Under the pieces are notes generated by a model. The model did no database searches. It was not told where the DNA came from and saw only the letters and a list, made by a program, of their open reading frames with translations. From NCBI GenBank assembly GCA_903917425.1, contig CAIXAQ010000759.1, forward strand, positions 1-33,207: a stretch of 33,207 nt of DNA, read 5' to 3'. Position numbers and translations under genes: made by a program. The DNA is from an uncultured Bacteroidales bacterium (GTDB taxonomy: Bacteria > Bacteroidota > Bacteroidia > Bacteroidales > UBA4417). Below are positions 19,307 through 28,153 of this stretch, one piece after another. Position 1 is the first letter of the stretch, and every line of letters starts with the position of its first letter.

Positions 19307-20335
19307 ATGATTACTCCTCCCTATCTGAAAGCCGGCGATAAAACAGCCATAGTGGCAACGGCGCGAAAAGTTTCTCCTTCCGAAATGGAAGTTGCTATCA
19401 GATCCCTCCGTTCGTGGGGATTGCTGGTAGTTACGGGGCAGCATTTATTTGGCGAAAGCGATCAGTTTTCGGGCACCGACGAGGATCGTGCGGCCGATTT
19501 GCAAACGATGCTCGATGATCCGGAAATTAAAGCAGTTTTTTGTGCACGGGGAGGGTACGGCACAGCCCGCATCATCGACAAGCTAAACTTCAGCACTTTT
19601 GAACAACATCCCAAATGGATTGTAGGTTACAGCGATATTACCGTACTGCATTCGCATATTCATACCTACTTTGGTATTGAAACCCTTCATGCTATAATGC
19701 CGATAAATTTTCAGGATGAAGGAGTGGAAAATGCAACCGAATCGTTGCGGAAAGCGCTATTTGGCGAACCCTTGGAATATTTCTTTCCAGCTCACTCTTT
19801 GAACAGGCCGGGAAATGTGTCCGGTTTGCTGACGGGGGGAAATTTATCCCTTCTGTATGCGCTCATCGGAACGGATTCGGATATTCAAACCGACAACAAA
19901 ATTTTATTTATTGAAGACCTTGATGAGTATCTGTATCATATAGATCGTATGATGCTTTCGTTGAAACATAGTGGAAAACTTTCGGGTCTGAAAGGCATAC
20001 TTGTTGGCGGGCTTACCAAAATGAACGACAATGCCATTCCCTTTGGGAAACAAGCGGAGCAGATTATTGCCGAATACGCTCATGAAGCGGGAATACCAGT
20101 ATGTTTCAATTTTCCGGCAGGCCATATTGCCGATAACCGCGCACTGATCCTGGGGCGGGAAGTTCAGCTGAATATCGGTAAGGACAGCGTAGTGCTCCAG
20201 TTTTTAACTTCCGGTGAACCGGCATCCGAAAAGGCTACTTTCAGGAAAATACTAAAACCGGCATTGTTCTTTTTAGGTTTTTTTGCCTTTATTTATCTTG
20301 CCTTGTACCTGATTAAACTGTTTGTAAAAAGTTAG
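19307..20335 (+). CDS. Peptidase S66 LD-carboxypeptidase (LdcA/MccF family) with a C-terminal hydrophobic tail
   Basis: 342-aa ORF. The S66 blocks are CARGGYG, the nucleophile GYSDITVLH, EDLDE and FPAGH. The last ~30 aa (ALFFLGFFAFIYLALYLIKLFV) form a predicted TM helix. Confidence 0.85.
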   Translation: MITPPYLKAGDKTAIVATARKVSPSEMEVAIRSLRSWGLLVVTGQHLFGESDQFSGTDEDRAADLQTMLDDPEIKAVFCARGGYGTARIIDKLNFSTFEQHPKWIVGYSDITVLHSHIHTYFGIETLHAIMPINFQDEGVENATESLRKALFGEPLEYFFPAHSLNRPGNVSGLLTGGNLSLLYALIGTDSDIQTDNKILFIEDLDEYLYHIDRMMLSLKHSGKLSGLKGILVGGLTKMNDNAIPFGKQAEQIIAEYAHEAGIPVCFNFPAGHIADNRALILGREVQLNIGKDSVVLQFLTSGEPASEKATFRKILKPALFFLGFFAFIYLALYLIKLFVKS

Positions 20336-20484
20336 TTTTGTGTAAGATATAACGAAATTGACAATTCTGTAAATAAATCCGAACACTAAAAATTGCAATT
20401 TCGAATAACAAAAAAAAGAAGATTAGAAACTTGCTTGCCAACCGACTAAAACTGTATTCTTGAAATAGTATTTTAGGTTAGAAC

Positions 20485-20847
20485 ATGGCGGATCATAACG
20501 AACTCGGAAAAATCGGTGAAGATCTGGCCGAAAAACACCTTCGCCATATCGGGTACCGGATAGTGCACCGCAACTGGCACTTTGGCCACGACGAACTGGA
20601 TATAATTGCCCGCGACGGAAACTGGCTCGTGATTGTAGAAGTAAAAACCCGTACTACCGATCATTACGGTGAGCCCGAAATGGAAGTAAAACCAGCCAAG
20701 CAAAAAGCGATTGTCCGAACAGCCGATGCTTATATTCAATTTGCCGATTTCAAAGGTGAAACCCGTTTTGATGTAATAGGAATATTACTCGGAGGGGGAA
20801 AAGTTGTTCTGAACCATATAAAGGATGCCTTTATGGCGAGAATGTGA
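20485..20847 (+). CDS. yraN: YraN-family (UPF0102) endonuclease-like protein
   Basis: 120-aa ORF. GEDLAEKHLRHIGYRIVHRNW....ELDIIARDGNWLVIVEVKTR is the canonical YraN pattern. Confidence 0.85.
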   Translation: MADHNELGKIGEDLAEKHLRHIGYRIVHRNWHFGHDELDIIARDGNWLVIVEVKTRTTDHYGEPEMEVKPAKQKAIVRTADAYIQFADFKGETRFDVIGILLGGGKVVLNHIKDAFMARM

Positions 20848-20937
20848 ACAATACTCAAATCGCAAAAAGCACTAAATCAAATTTTTGCAGGGAGTAATTT
20901 AAAAAGTATGCCGTTCCTTGTTAAGGCACTTTCCCGA

Positions 20938-22173
20938 TTATCGTTTCCTTTCAGCTCCACCCGGTTTTTTCCCACCTTTTCTTTTTCCGGCAAAACTCCT
21001 GCCTTCGGTTTTGCGCTTCATTTTAGGATTGTAAGCAGGCGTTTCGCCATAGGCTTCGGGAACAGGTGATTTTTCCACTTCCCGTTCGAGTAAGGTTTCG
21101 ATAGCACCAAATCGTGGCTGGTCGCGTTCGTTGATAAACGTTACCGCTGTTCCTTCGGCCGATGCACGGGCTGTGCGGCCGATACGGTGTATATAATCTT
21201 CGGCATCGTGTGGTACATCGTAGTTAATTACCATGTCAATATCCTCGATATCGATTCCACGCGAAACAATATCGGTAGCCACAAGAACCGGAATATTTCC
21301 GCTTTTAAAACGGATAATTACATTTTCGCGTGCTGCCTGTTCTAAGGTGGAGTGGATTTCTTCCGCTTTGATACCCGTTTTTTTTAGTTCCTGGTACAAC
21401 TGCCTGGTTTTTTCCTTGGTGGAACAGAAAATCAAAACCCGTTTCATTTCGGTTTCCTTCAGCAGCATTTTAATGAGCGGGATTTTCTGTGTATCGTAAA
21501 CCACATAGGCTTTCTGTACAATTTTTTCGGCCGGTTTCGACATCGCGATATTGATCTCAAACGGATTGTGCAGGATTTGCTTTGCCAGGTGCCGTATTTT
21601 GGAAGGCATGGTGGCCGAAAACATCAGGTTTTGCCGCTGTTTGGGCAGGTGTGACAAAATTTTCAGAATATCCTCGTGAAATCCCATGTCGAGCATACGG
21701 TCGGCTTCATCAAGGATCAGGAATTTCAGTTCCGGGAATTTTATATAACCCATATTCAGATGCGCCATTAAGCGTCCGGGCGTGCAAACGATCAAGTCGG
21801 CACCTTCGGTGAGCGCTTGTTTTTCGCGCGAGAAAACTGTCCCGTCAGTTCCGCCGTAAATGGCAATGGAACTCACCTTTGTGTAGTACGAGAATCCTTC
21901 CATCTGCTGATCAATCTGCAGGGCAAGTTCGCGTGTTGGCACAATTACCATGGCTTTCACCTGGTTATCGTGGGGCATGGCCGAAAGTTTTTCGATGACG
22001 GGAAGCAGAAATGCGGCTGTTTTTCCGGTTCCGGTTTGTGCCGAGGCGATTAAATCGCGTCCTGACAGAATTACCGGTATGGCGGATTCCTGAACCGGGG
22101 TTGCTTCTTCGTAGCCTATTGCTTCAATGCCTTCCATAAGGGTTGGGCTGAAGCCGAATGTTGAAAAGTTCAA
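20938..22173 (-). CDS. DEAD-box ATP-dependent RNA helicase (RhlE-like) with a basic C-terminal tail
   Basis: 411-aa ORF. Motifs present are Q (TPVQ), I (AQTGTGKT), Ia (PTRELA), II (DEAD), III (SAT) and VI (HRIGRTARA). The tail is Lys/Arg/Gly-rich. Confidence 0.92.
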   Translation of the reverse strand: MNFSTFGFSPTLMEGIEAIGYEEATPVQESAIPVILSGRDLIASAQTGTGKTAAFLLPVIEKLSAMPHDNQVKAMVIVPTRELALQIDQQMEGFSYYTKVSSIAIYGGTDGTVFSREKQALTEGADLIVCTPGRLMAHLNMGYIKFPELKFLILDEADRMLDMGFHEDILKILSHLPKQRQNLMFSATMPSKIRHLAKQILHNPFEINIAMSKPAEKIVQKAYVVYDTQKIPLIKMLLKETEMKRVLIFCSTKEKTRQLYQELKKTGIKAEEIHSTLEQAARENVIIRFKSGNIPVLVATDIVSRGIDIEDIDMVINYDVPHDAEDYIHRIGRTARASAEGTAVTFINERDQPRFGAIETLLEREVEKSPVPEAYGETPAYNPKMKRKTEGRSFAGKRKGGKKPGGAERKR

Positions 22174-22240
22174 TGTTTTTAAGTTAAATTGTTGTTTTTA
22201 ATGTTGAGAGGGGCGAGGGGCGACAAGTGGAGTGGCGAAA

Positions 22241-23089
22241 TTATTTATTGATTTCTTTGTTTTTGGCTTGCTGTATTGTTTTTGCATTCTGTTTTGTCAC
22301 CACTTTTTTGCCTGTGGTATTTTCTAATTGTAGCCGGGCAGCTTTTGCTACTTCGCCGCCTTTACGGGCGACAGATTTATTTTCGTCAAATGTTTTTGGC
22401 TTTTTATCCTTTGAAATTTCAGAAGTGGATGCTTCTGCCAGCATATTCAGTACCAATTCCAGGTTGGTCATGTTGTCGCGAAGGTTTTCCTTTTTAAGAT
22501 CTTTGTGATTTTTATATTCTTTAACACTAAAACCGCTCCATGCTTTAGTAATTTCGTCGGTAAGAATGGCAAACTCCTGTCCTTTTTTTACGCCCCTGTC
22601 ATCCCATTCGTCTGTAAGTTCTTTGCGAATTTCAATACTTTTCAGTCGCTGGTTAATCCACTCCTTGCTATATCCTTTTTTAAGGTAAGTTACCATTAAC
22701 CGGTCGAAACCTATTTCAGGATCTTCAATTTCGTCGATGCGCTCGCGACCGGCTTTTGCCAGCCAAAGTTTAAAAGGTTCAGCTTTAGGAGAAGGAATGG
22801 ATTGAATTAGCCTGAAAAGTTGTTCAGTATCAGCGACGTCGGTTTCTCTTAATTTACCATCTTCAGCTACCATTTTCAACCGGTTACAATTTGTAACCGA
22901 TTCATTTCCCTCTTTTAGTAATCTACTTTTCAGTACTTTCCAATAATTTCTTGCGCCTTGATGGTTAGGCTGATCGGTTAGTGTTTCAACCACATCAACA
23001 ACAGAGAAATACCATTTTTCGGCATCATCATCCCAAACAGAACGGATTTGCCGGGTTTCAAAAAGCTTAATGGCGGTATCCTTATTCAT
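22241..23089 (-). CDS. Bro-N domain protein (phage antirepressor / DinD-like family)
   Basis: 282-aa ORF. FETRQIRSVWDDDAEKWYFSVVDVVETLT...YWKVLKSRL...FRLIQSIPSPKAEPFKLWLAKAGRERIDEIEDPE is the Bro-N-type pattern common in Bacteroidota. The C-terminal half is charged and helical, resembling DinD-like proteins. Confidence 0.65.
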   Translation of the reverse strand: MNKDTAIKLFETRQIRSVWDDDAEKWYFSVVDVVETLTDQPNHQGARNYWKVLKSRLLKEGNESVTNCNRLKMVAEDGKLRETDVADTEQLFRLIQSIPSPKAEPFKLWLAKAGRERIDEIEDPEIGFDRLMVTYLKKGYSKEWINQRLKSIEIRKELTDEWDDRGVKKGQEFAILTDEITKAWSGFSVKEYKNHKDLKKENLRDNMTNLELVLNMLAEASTSEISKDKKPKTFDENKSVARKGGEVAKAARLQLENTTGKKVVTKQNAKTIQQAKNKEINK

Positions 23090-23239
23090 GATTCAAAACT
23101 TTATTCAATGTCAAAATATAGGCATTTAGTCCGGTAAAACAGGGAAGAATTTGTCAACAATTCACTTGAAAAGAGAGATCCTCAAATGTCTGATTTATTC
23201 GCTTGGGTATCTTTTTCAAATTACCGAGCCCGAAATTAC

Positions 23240-24118
23240 TCAAAATTGCCGGATAATCCGCATAACCTGTGCGGTATAACCTCCACCAAACAAATTTACA
23301 TGCACTAGCAAAGGGTAAAGATTAAAAATATCCACCCGTTTTTGCCAGCCTTTCTCCATTGGCCATGCATGGTTGTAAGCCGAATAAAATTCGGGATCAA
23401 ACCCGCCGAAAAGCTCTGTCATGGCGATATCTGCTTCGCGGTGACCGTAATATACCGCCGGATCTACCAGGCAGGGTGAAGTGTTTGCCGTAATCATAAA
23501 ATTACCGTTCCAGAGGTCGCCATGGAGTAAAGCCGGTTTTTCGACGGGAATAATATCAGGCAGCGATTTGAAAAGTGAATCGAAACAGCGCGTTTCGCTT
23601 TGAGTGAAAGCACCTTTATTACGTGCTTCTTTCAGCTGAGGTTCGATGCGCTCAGAGATAAAGAAACTAAAAAAATCGGGATGAGGATTATTTTTCTGAA
23701 CCAGGGAACCAATATAATTGTCGTGATCAAGACCGAAAAAGTTGTGTGTATTCCGGTGTAAATCAGCCAGTTTTGTGCCGAATTCAACCCAGGAATTACG
23801 GTTGGGGATGCCACTTTCGATGTATTTAAGCAAGAGACAGGAAAAATTCTCAGATTCGCCGGTATCGATCACTTCCGGAATTTCAATGGTTTTGGTTTCA
23901 GCCAGTAATTCCAATCCAGCAGCTTCTTTTTCGAACATTCCGGGAAAGGCCGCAGCCGAATTATATTTGATAAAATACTTGCCAACATTGGTTTTTATCG
24001 AAAAAGCTTCATTGATACAACCCCCACCCACCGACCGGATTTCAATAATTTCAACCGGTTTTTCGAATCGATTAGTCAGGGTTGATACAACGGATTTTAC
24101 GAGTTCATCAGGAATCAT
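23240..24118 (-). CDS. Fructosamine/ketosamine-3-kinase family protein
   Basis: 292-aa ORF. It carries VGGGCINEAF, YFIKYN and the kinase catalytic block LLHGDLWNGN. Confidence 0.88.
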   Translation of the reverse strand: MIPDELVKSVVSTLTNRFEKPVEIIEIRSVGGGCINEAFSIKTNVGKYFIKYNSAAAFPGMFEKEAAGLELLAETKTIEIPEVIDTGESENFSCLLLKYIESGIPNRNSWVEFGTKLADLHRNTHNFFGLDHDNYIGSLVQKNNPHPDFFSFFISERIEPQLKEARNKGAFTQSETRCFDSLFKSLPDIIPVEKPALLHGDLWNGNFMITANTSPCLVDPAVYYGHREADIAMTELFGGFDPEFYSAYNHAWPMEKGWQKRVDIFNLYPLLVHVNLFGGGYTAQVMRIIRQF

Positions 24119-24502
24119 TTGAAAGGGATTTCAATTTAGTGAAGAATAATTAATTTTTTCAACATGCTAAAGTCAGCAAAGAAATCAAGCAGTAATCAAG
24201 TAGTGCCGAATACTGCCGAAGAAAGAGTGCGTTTGAACGGGGTCTTTATATACTGCAAAGGTTTTAAGCAACAACGCCTAACTTAGTTAATGGTGTTGTA
24301 TAACAGCGGTTTGTGAACATTTGTGTGAAAGTATTCTGGTGTCATTTCTTCATTATGGAGTTTTAGGAGTCGATTTATTATTACTTTTTTCGTTTTGATT
24401 TATATATAATCAGGGTAAAGGGATTTATAGCGAAAGGACGGTGAAAATAAAAACCATCAGTCAGATTCGAAAAGGTTATTGCCCACATTTAAAAAACCCG
24501 CT

Positions 24503-24559
24503 ACAAAAGTAGCAATTTGCAACAAAAGTAGCAATTTGCAACAAAAACAACAATATGCA
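24503..24559. repeat. Three tandem 19-nt units (ACAAAAGTAGCAATTTGCA x2 perfect, third with 4 mismatches)
   Basis: Units are 24503-24521, 24522-24540 (identical to the first) and 24541-24559 (acaaaaacaacaatatgca). They lie 220 nt upstream of the LruC-domain gene start in a 660-nt intergenic region. Confidence 0.9.
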
Positions 24560-24778
24560 ACAATTCATGAAACTTTTACTATTCACGAGTATTCATAAAA
24601 AGCTTAATATAAGCATGTTAGCTAAACAATTATTTTTTGGCCTAATTTTTGTTTTAGTCAAAAATGCGTGAGAGTAATGAATTTCTTCATTCATAAAATG
24701 TGTTGTTGAAACACTACTGTTAAAAAAAGAAAATCCTTTTTCGCGAGACACATACAAAATTACATTAATACATACAAA

Positions 24779-27700
24779 ATGTTTATGAAAACCATACAAA
24801 TGTTAAAGACAGCAACCAAAGCGGCAGCAGCTTTAGTTTTTTTGCTGATACTTTTAAGCCAGACTTCCTGCAAGAAAGCAGATGACTCATCTTCCAATGT
24901 GCCGACTAAATTTACTGATTTGGTGGTGGATCCTTCCTTTCAGTTCGACAATTTCATCAACCTCGAGGTTTCTGTGAGCATACCTGCTGTTTCCGGAACG
25001 CAATTGGTTTCAGTGATTCAGCTTTATGAAGATGATCCTAAAGCCGGTGGAAAAGTGATTGCAACCGGTGCAGTTAGCAGTAATTTGCAGTATAAAACTT
25101 CCGTTAGGGTAGCTTCGCGGCTGAAAGAACTCTGGATCGGGAAAATTTCGCCTTTAGGATTAAACGAATACGTTGCAGTTCCTATTAAAAGTACTACGCT
25201 TACTTATTCGTTCGGGCAATCCGGATTGAAATCGATGGATGGAATGGAGTCGAATGATTGCAATACAGGAACTTCCATTACAGTGAATGGCTCTTACACC
25301 ATCAATTCCGGACAAACATCGGTCGTTCAGCCCGGAGTATTGCTCAGCAACCTGAAATTAACCATTAATTCGGGCGGAACGGTCAGGGTTTGTGGCACGG
25401 CTAACATTACTTCGCTAAGCAGCACGGGCAAATTAATCGTTTCACCTTCGGGATATGTAACTGTTCCGATCTCTAATTTAGATGGAACGGTTGAGAACTT
25501 CGGCACAGCAAATTTTGCCCAGTCAGGAGAAGAAGGAAACTTACGGATCAGCAGTGGAGCAACCATTCACAATTGGGGTGCACTTACTATATCGAATGAC
25601 TTGAGTGTAAGGGGTATGTTCATAAACGAACACCAAACTACTGTTACGGGAAAAATACTAACCGAGGATAACGGAAGGATACTGAATTATTGCCAGTTGT
25701 TTTGCAATAACAATTCATCGGAAGAGGCATTTAAGATTACAACGGGATCAGCATCAAATCCCGGATTAGTGAACAACCCGAACGGGTACATTAAGATTAC
25801 GGGAAAAATGAATGTTACCGGCCAGGGCTACGTCTCACTGGGTTTGCAAAGCCTGATCGAAACCGGGACATTAAATGTTGAAGGCTTTATTGCCGGTTCA
25901 GCATCGCAAGGATCCCAGATTCATGCGCTGAGTTCATCTTCAAGCAGAATATCAGCGGCTACACTTTCAGGTTATATTGATATTTGGGCTTCATCTGTCA
26001 GTCCAAAAACTGGCACGTTTGGTTCTCACGTCACCTGGCACAATCCGGGTTACACCATTCCATCGCAGGACTGCAGCGCACCGGTAGCGCCCACGATTAC
26101 AAGCTCACTCACAGCCGCAGGTATGACCGGTACACCTATTACTCCTTACATAATTACTGCAACCGGAACTGACCCGATCAACTATACTGCCACTAACCTT
26201 CCTGACGGGCTTACTTTCAACGCTTCAACACACACAATTAGTGGAACACCTACGAATGCACAGGTTAAAAATGTTACCATCACAGCAGATAATTTAATTG
26301 GCGTCAATTCGAAAACTCTTGTGTTTTCCATTATAACACCGGGTTCAGCCCCGGTAATCAGCAGTGCGGTTATAGCACATACACCTGTAAACCAATCTTT
26401 TGTTTATGAAGTGGTTGCAAGCGGTACAGGCCCTGTAACATACAATGCAACCAATCTTCCCTCAGGCTTAACATTCAATTCAACTACCCACGTAATAAAT
26501 GGGATACCAACTTCGGCAGGCACTTTTACCATACCTATTTCGGCAAGTAATAGTTTTGGCAGCAACAATAAAAACCTGGTTCTTACAGTAGGTAATCCAC
26601 CGGTCATAACCAGCAGCCTGACCGCCCATGCTGTTACAGGCCAGCAATTTTCAACTTATACCTTAACGGCATCGGGTTCAGCCCCCATTACATTTGATGC
26701 GTCGAACCTGCCCGCAGGTTTGTATTTCAGCAACGAAACCAATACAATTAACGGCACACCATCGCAGGCAAATGTAGTAAATGTAACACTCACAGCTACA
26801 AGCGAATATGGCAACAGCTCGAAAGTACTTGTAATCACTATTATCGATCCTGTTCAGGCTCCCGCAATTAGCAGTTCTTTATCGGAAGGATGTATTCAAA
26901 ACCAGCCATTCAGCTATGGAATTACGGCAACAGGAACTCATCCAATCACTTATAATGCAACCAACCTGCCTGCCGGATTATCATACAATGCAGATTTTTC
27001 GGTTATAAGCGGGGTACCAACTTCAACAGGAATAACCAATGTGACACTTACTGCTGCCAACAGCGGCGGTAACGATACCAAAACTCTTGTAATTACAGTT
27101 GTTGCACCAGCATTAATAGATGCTGACGGGGATGGTGTTTCCGATGCACTGGATGCCTATCCAAATGATGCCACGCGCGCCTTCAATTCGTACTACCCCA
27201 ATGAAACTGATTTTGCTTCCTACGCGTTCGAGGATCTTTGGCCTGCTTACGGCGATTACGACTGTAACGACCTGGTTATGAATTTTAACTATAAAATTGT
27301 TACCAATTCCCAGAATAAGATTGTTGACCTGGTTAGTAAATTCAAAATAAAGTCATCCGGGGCTTCTTTCGACAATGGTTTTGGTGTATCATTAAATGTG
27401 GCTCCAGCCAATGTGGCAAGCGTAACAGGATGCATTAAAGTAGGCACTGTAGTTAACATTGATCCCAAAGGTTATGAATCGGGGCACACCACAAACACGG
27501 TAATTATCCCGGTAGATGCAGTAAATACGCTGTTAGGCCGTTCGCTGATAAATGCTGTACATGGAGGATACGCGGTACAAACAGAGGTACAAACTGTGAC
27601 AGTTCATTTGTCAACACCACAAACCAGCATAGGCACAGCTCCATACAACCCGTTTATCTTCGTAAACCAGGATCGTGGAAAAGAAATACATTTGAAGGAC

Positions 27701-27964
27701 CATGCACCAACTCAATTGGCTAACCCGGTATATTTCGGCTCATTAAACGATGCTTCGGATCCTGGAGCGGGATTGTATTACCGCTCGAAATCGGGCTTGC
27801 CTTTTGCTATAGAAGTCCCGAATGATTTTGTCTATCCGGTTGAAAAGGCAGATCTACTGCAAACATACCTTCACTATGCCGAATGGGCTCAGTCATCAGG
27901 AACCATTTATACTGACTGGTATATGAATAAGACCGGTTACCGGAATACAGCTAATATTTATTAA
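24779..27964 (+). CDS. Large surface lipoprotein with an N-terminal beta-helix-like region, 4 tandem Ig-like (He_PIG-type) modules and a C-terminal LruC domain
   Basis: 1061-aa ORF. The signal and lipobox are AAALVFLLILLSQTSC. There are four 83-90-aa repeats. The C-terminus starts with a Ca-binding-type DADGDGVSDALDAYPND followed by YAFEDLWPAYGDYDCNDLVMNFNYK, which is the LruC-domain (TIGR04456/DUF4842) signature as I recall it. The start could also be M3 or M8. Confidence 0.8.
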   Translation: MFMKTIQMLKTATKAAAALVFLLILLSQTSCKKADDSSSNVPTKFTDLVVDPSFQFDNFINLEVSVSIPAVSGTQLVSVIQLYEDDPKAGGKVIATGAVSSNLQYKTSVRVASRLKELWIGKISPLGLNEYVAVPIKSTTLTYSFGQSGLKSMDGMESNDCNTGTSITVNGSYTINSGQTSVVQPGVLLSNLKLTINSGGTVRVCGTANITSLSSTGKLIVSPSGYVTVPISNLDGTVENFGTANFAQSGEEGNLRISSGATIHNWGALTISNDLSVRGMFINEHQTTVTGKILTEDNGRILNYCQLFCNNNSSEEAFKITTGSASNPGLVNNPNGYIKITGKMNVTGQGYVSLGLQSLIETGTLNVEGFIAGSASQGSQIHALSSSSSRISAATLSGYIDIWASSVSPKTGTFGSHVTWHNPGYTIPSQDCSAPVAPTITSSLTAAGMTGTPITPYIITATGTDPINYTATNLPDGLTFNASTHTISGTPTNAQVKNVTITADNLIGVNSKTLVFSIITPGSAPVISSAVIAHTPVNQSFVYEVVASGTGPVTYNATNLPSGLTFNSTTHVINGIPTSAGTFTIPISASNSFGSNNKNLVLTVGNPPVITSSLTAHAVTGQQFSTYTLTASGSAPITFDASNLPAGLYFSNETNTINGTPSQANVVNVTLTATSEYGNSSKVLVITIIDPVQAPAISSSLSEGCIQNQPFSYGITATGTHPITYNATNLPAGLSYNADFSVISGVPTSTGITNVTLTAANSGGNDTKTLVITVVAPALIDADGDGVSDALDAYPNDATRAFNSYYPNETDFASYAFEDLWPAYGDYDCNDLVMNFNYKIVTNSQNKIVDLVSKFKIKSSGASFDNGFGVSLNVAPANVASVTGCIKVGTVVNIDPKGYESGHTTNTVIIPVDAVNTLLGRSLINAVHGGYAVQTEVQTVTVHLSTPQTSIGTAPYNPFIFVNQDRGKEIHLKDHAPTQLANPVYFGSLNDASDPGAGLYYRSKSGLPFAIEVPNDFVYPVEKADLLQTYLHYAEWAQSSGTIYTDWYMNKTGYRNTANIY
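26078..27109 (+). repeat. Intragenic tandem array of four diverged 83-90-aa Ig-like modules
   Basis: Each module has the pattern P.I(T/S)S....G..F.Y...A(T/S)G..PI.Y.ATNLP.GL.FN.....I.G.PT......V.(I/L)TA.N..G...K.LV..(I/V). The module lengths sum to exactly 344 aa. The DNA copies are clearly diverged. Confidence 0.85.
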
Positions 27965-27994
27965 ATTTAGCTTGCCTTACTCCATAAAAACAAG

Positions 27995-28027
27995 TCCCTG
28001 GTCGATTGACCGGGGATTTCGTGTTTT
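27995..28027 (+). terminator. Candidate rho-independent terminator after the LruC-domain gene
   Basis: TCCCTGGTC (27995-28003) pairs with GACCGGGGA (28008-28016), giving 9 bp with one G-U. The loop is GATT and TTTCGTGTTTT follows. Confidence 0.5.
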
Positions 28028-28153
28028 ATGCTATTCTGGTTATTATTAAGCCAATGAAAACCACGTCTTTAGTTGTTCAAATTCGTCGAACATTTGTGTA
28101 ATCGGCTAAAACAAGTAAAGAAGAGGCCGTGCAGATATAATTTCATTCCGCGA

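Noticed and set aside
24503-24559. Possible mini-CRISPR array
   Set aside because: The 19-nt units are directly abutting with no spacers. The units are too short, and no cas genes are present in the window.
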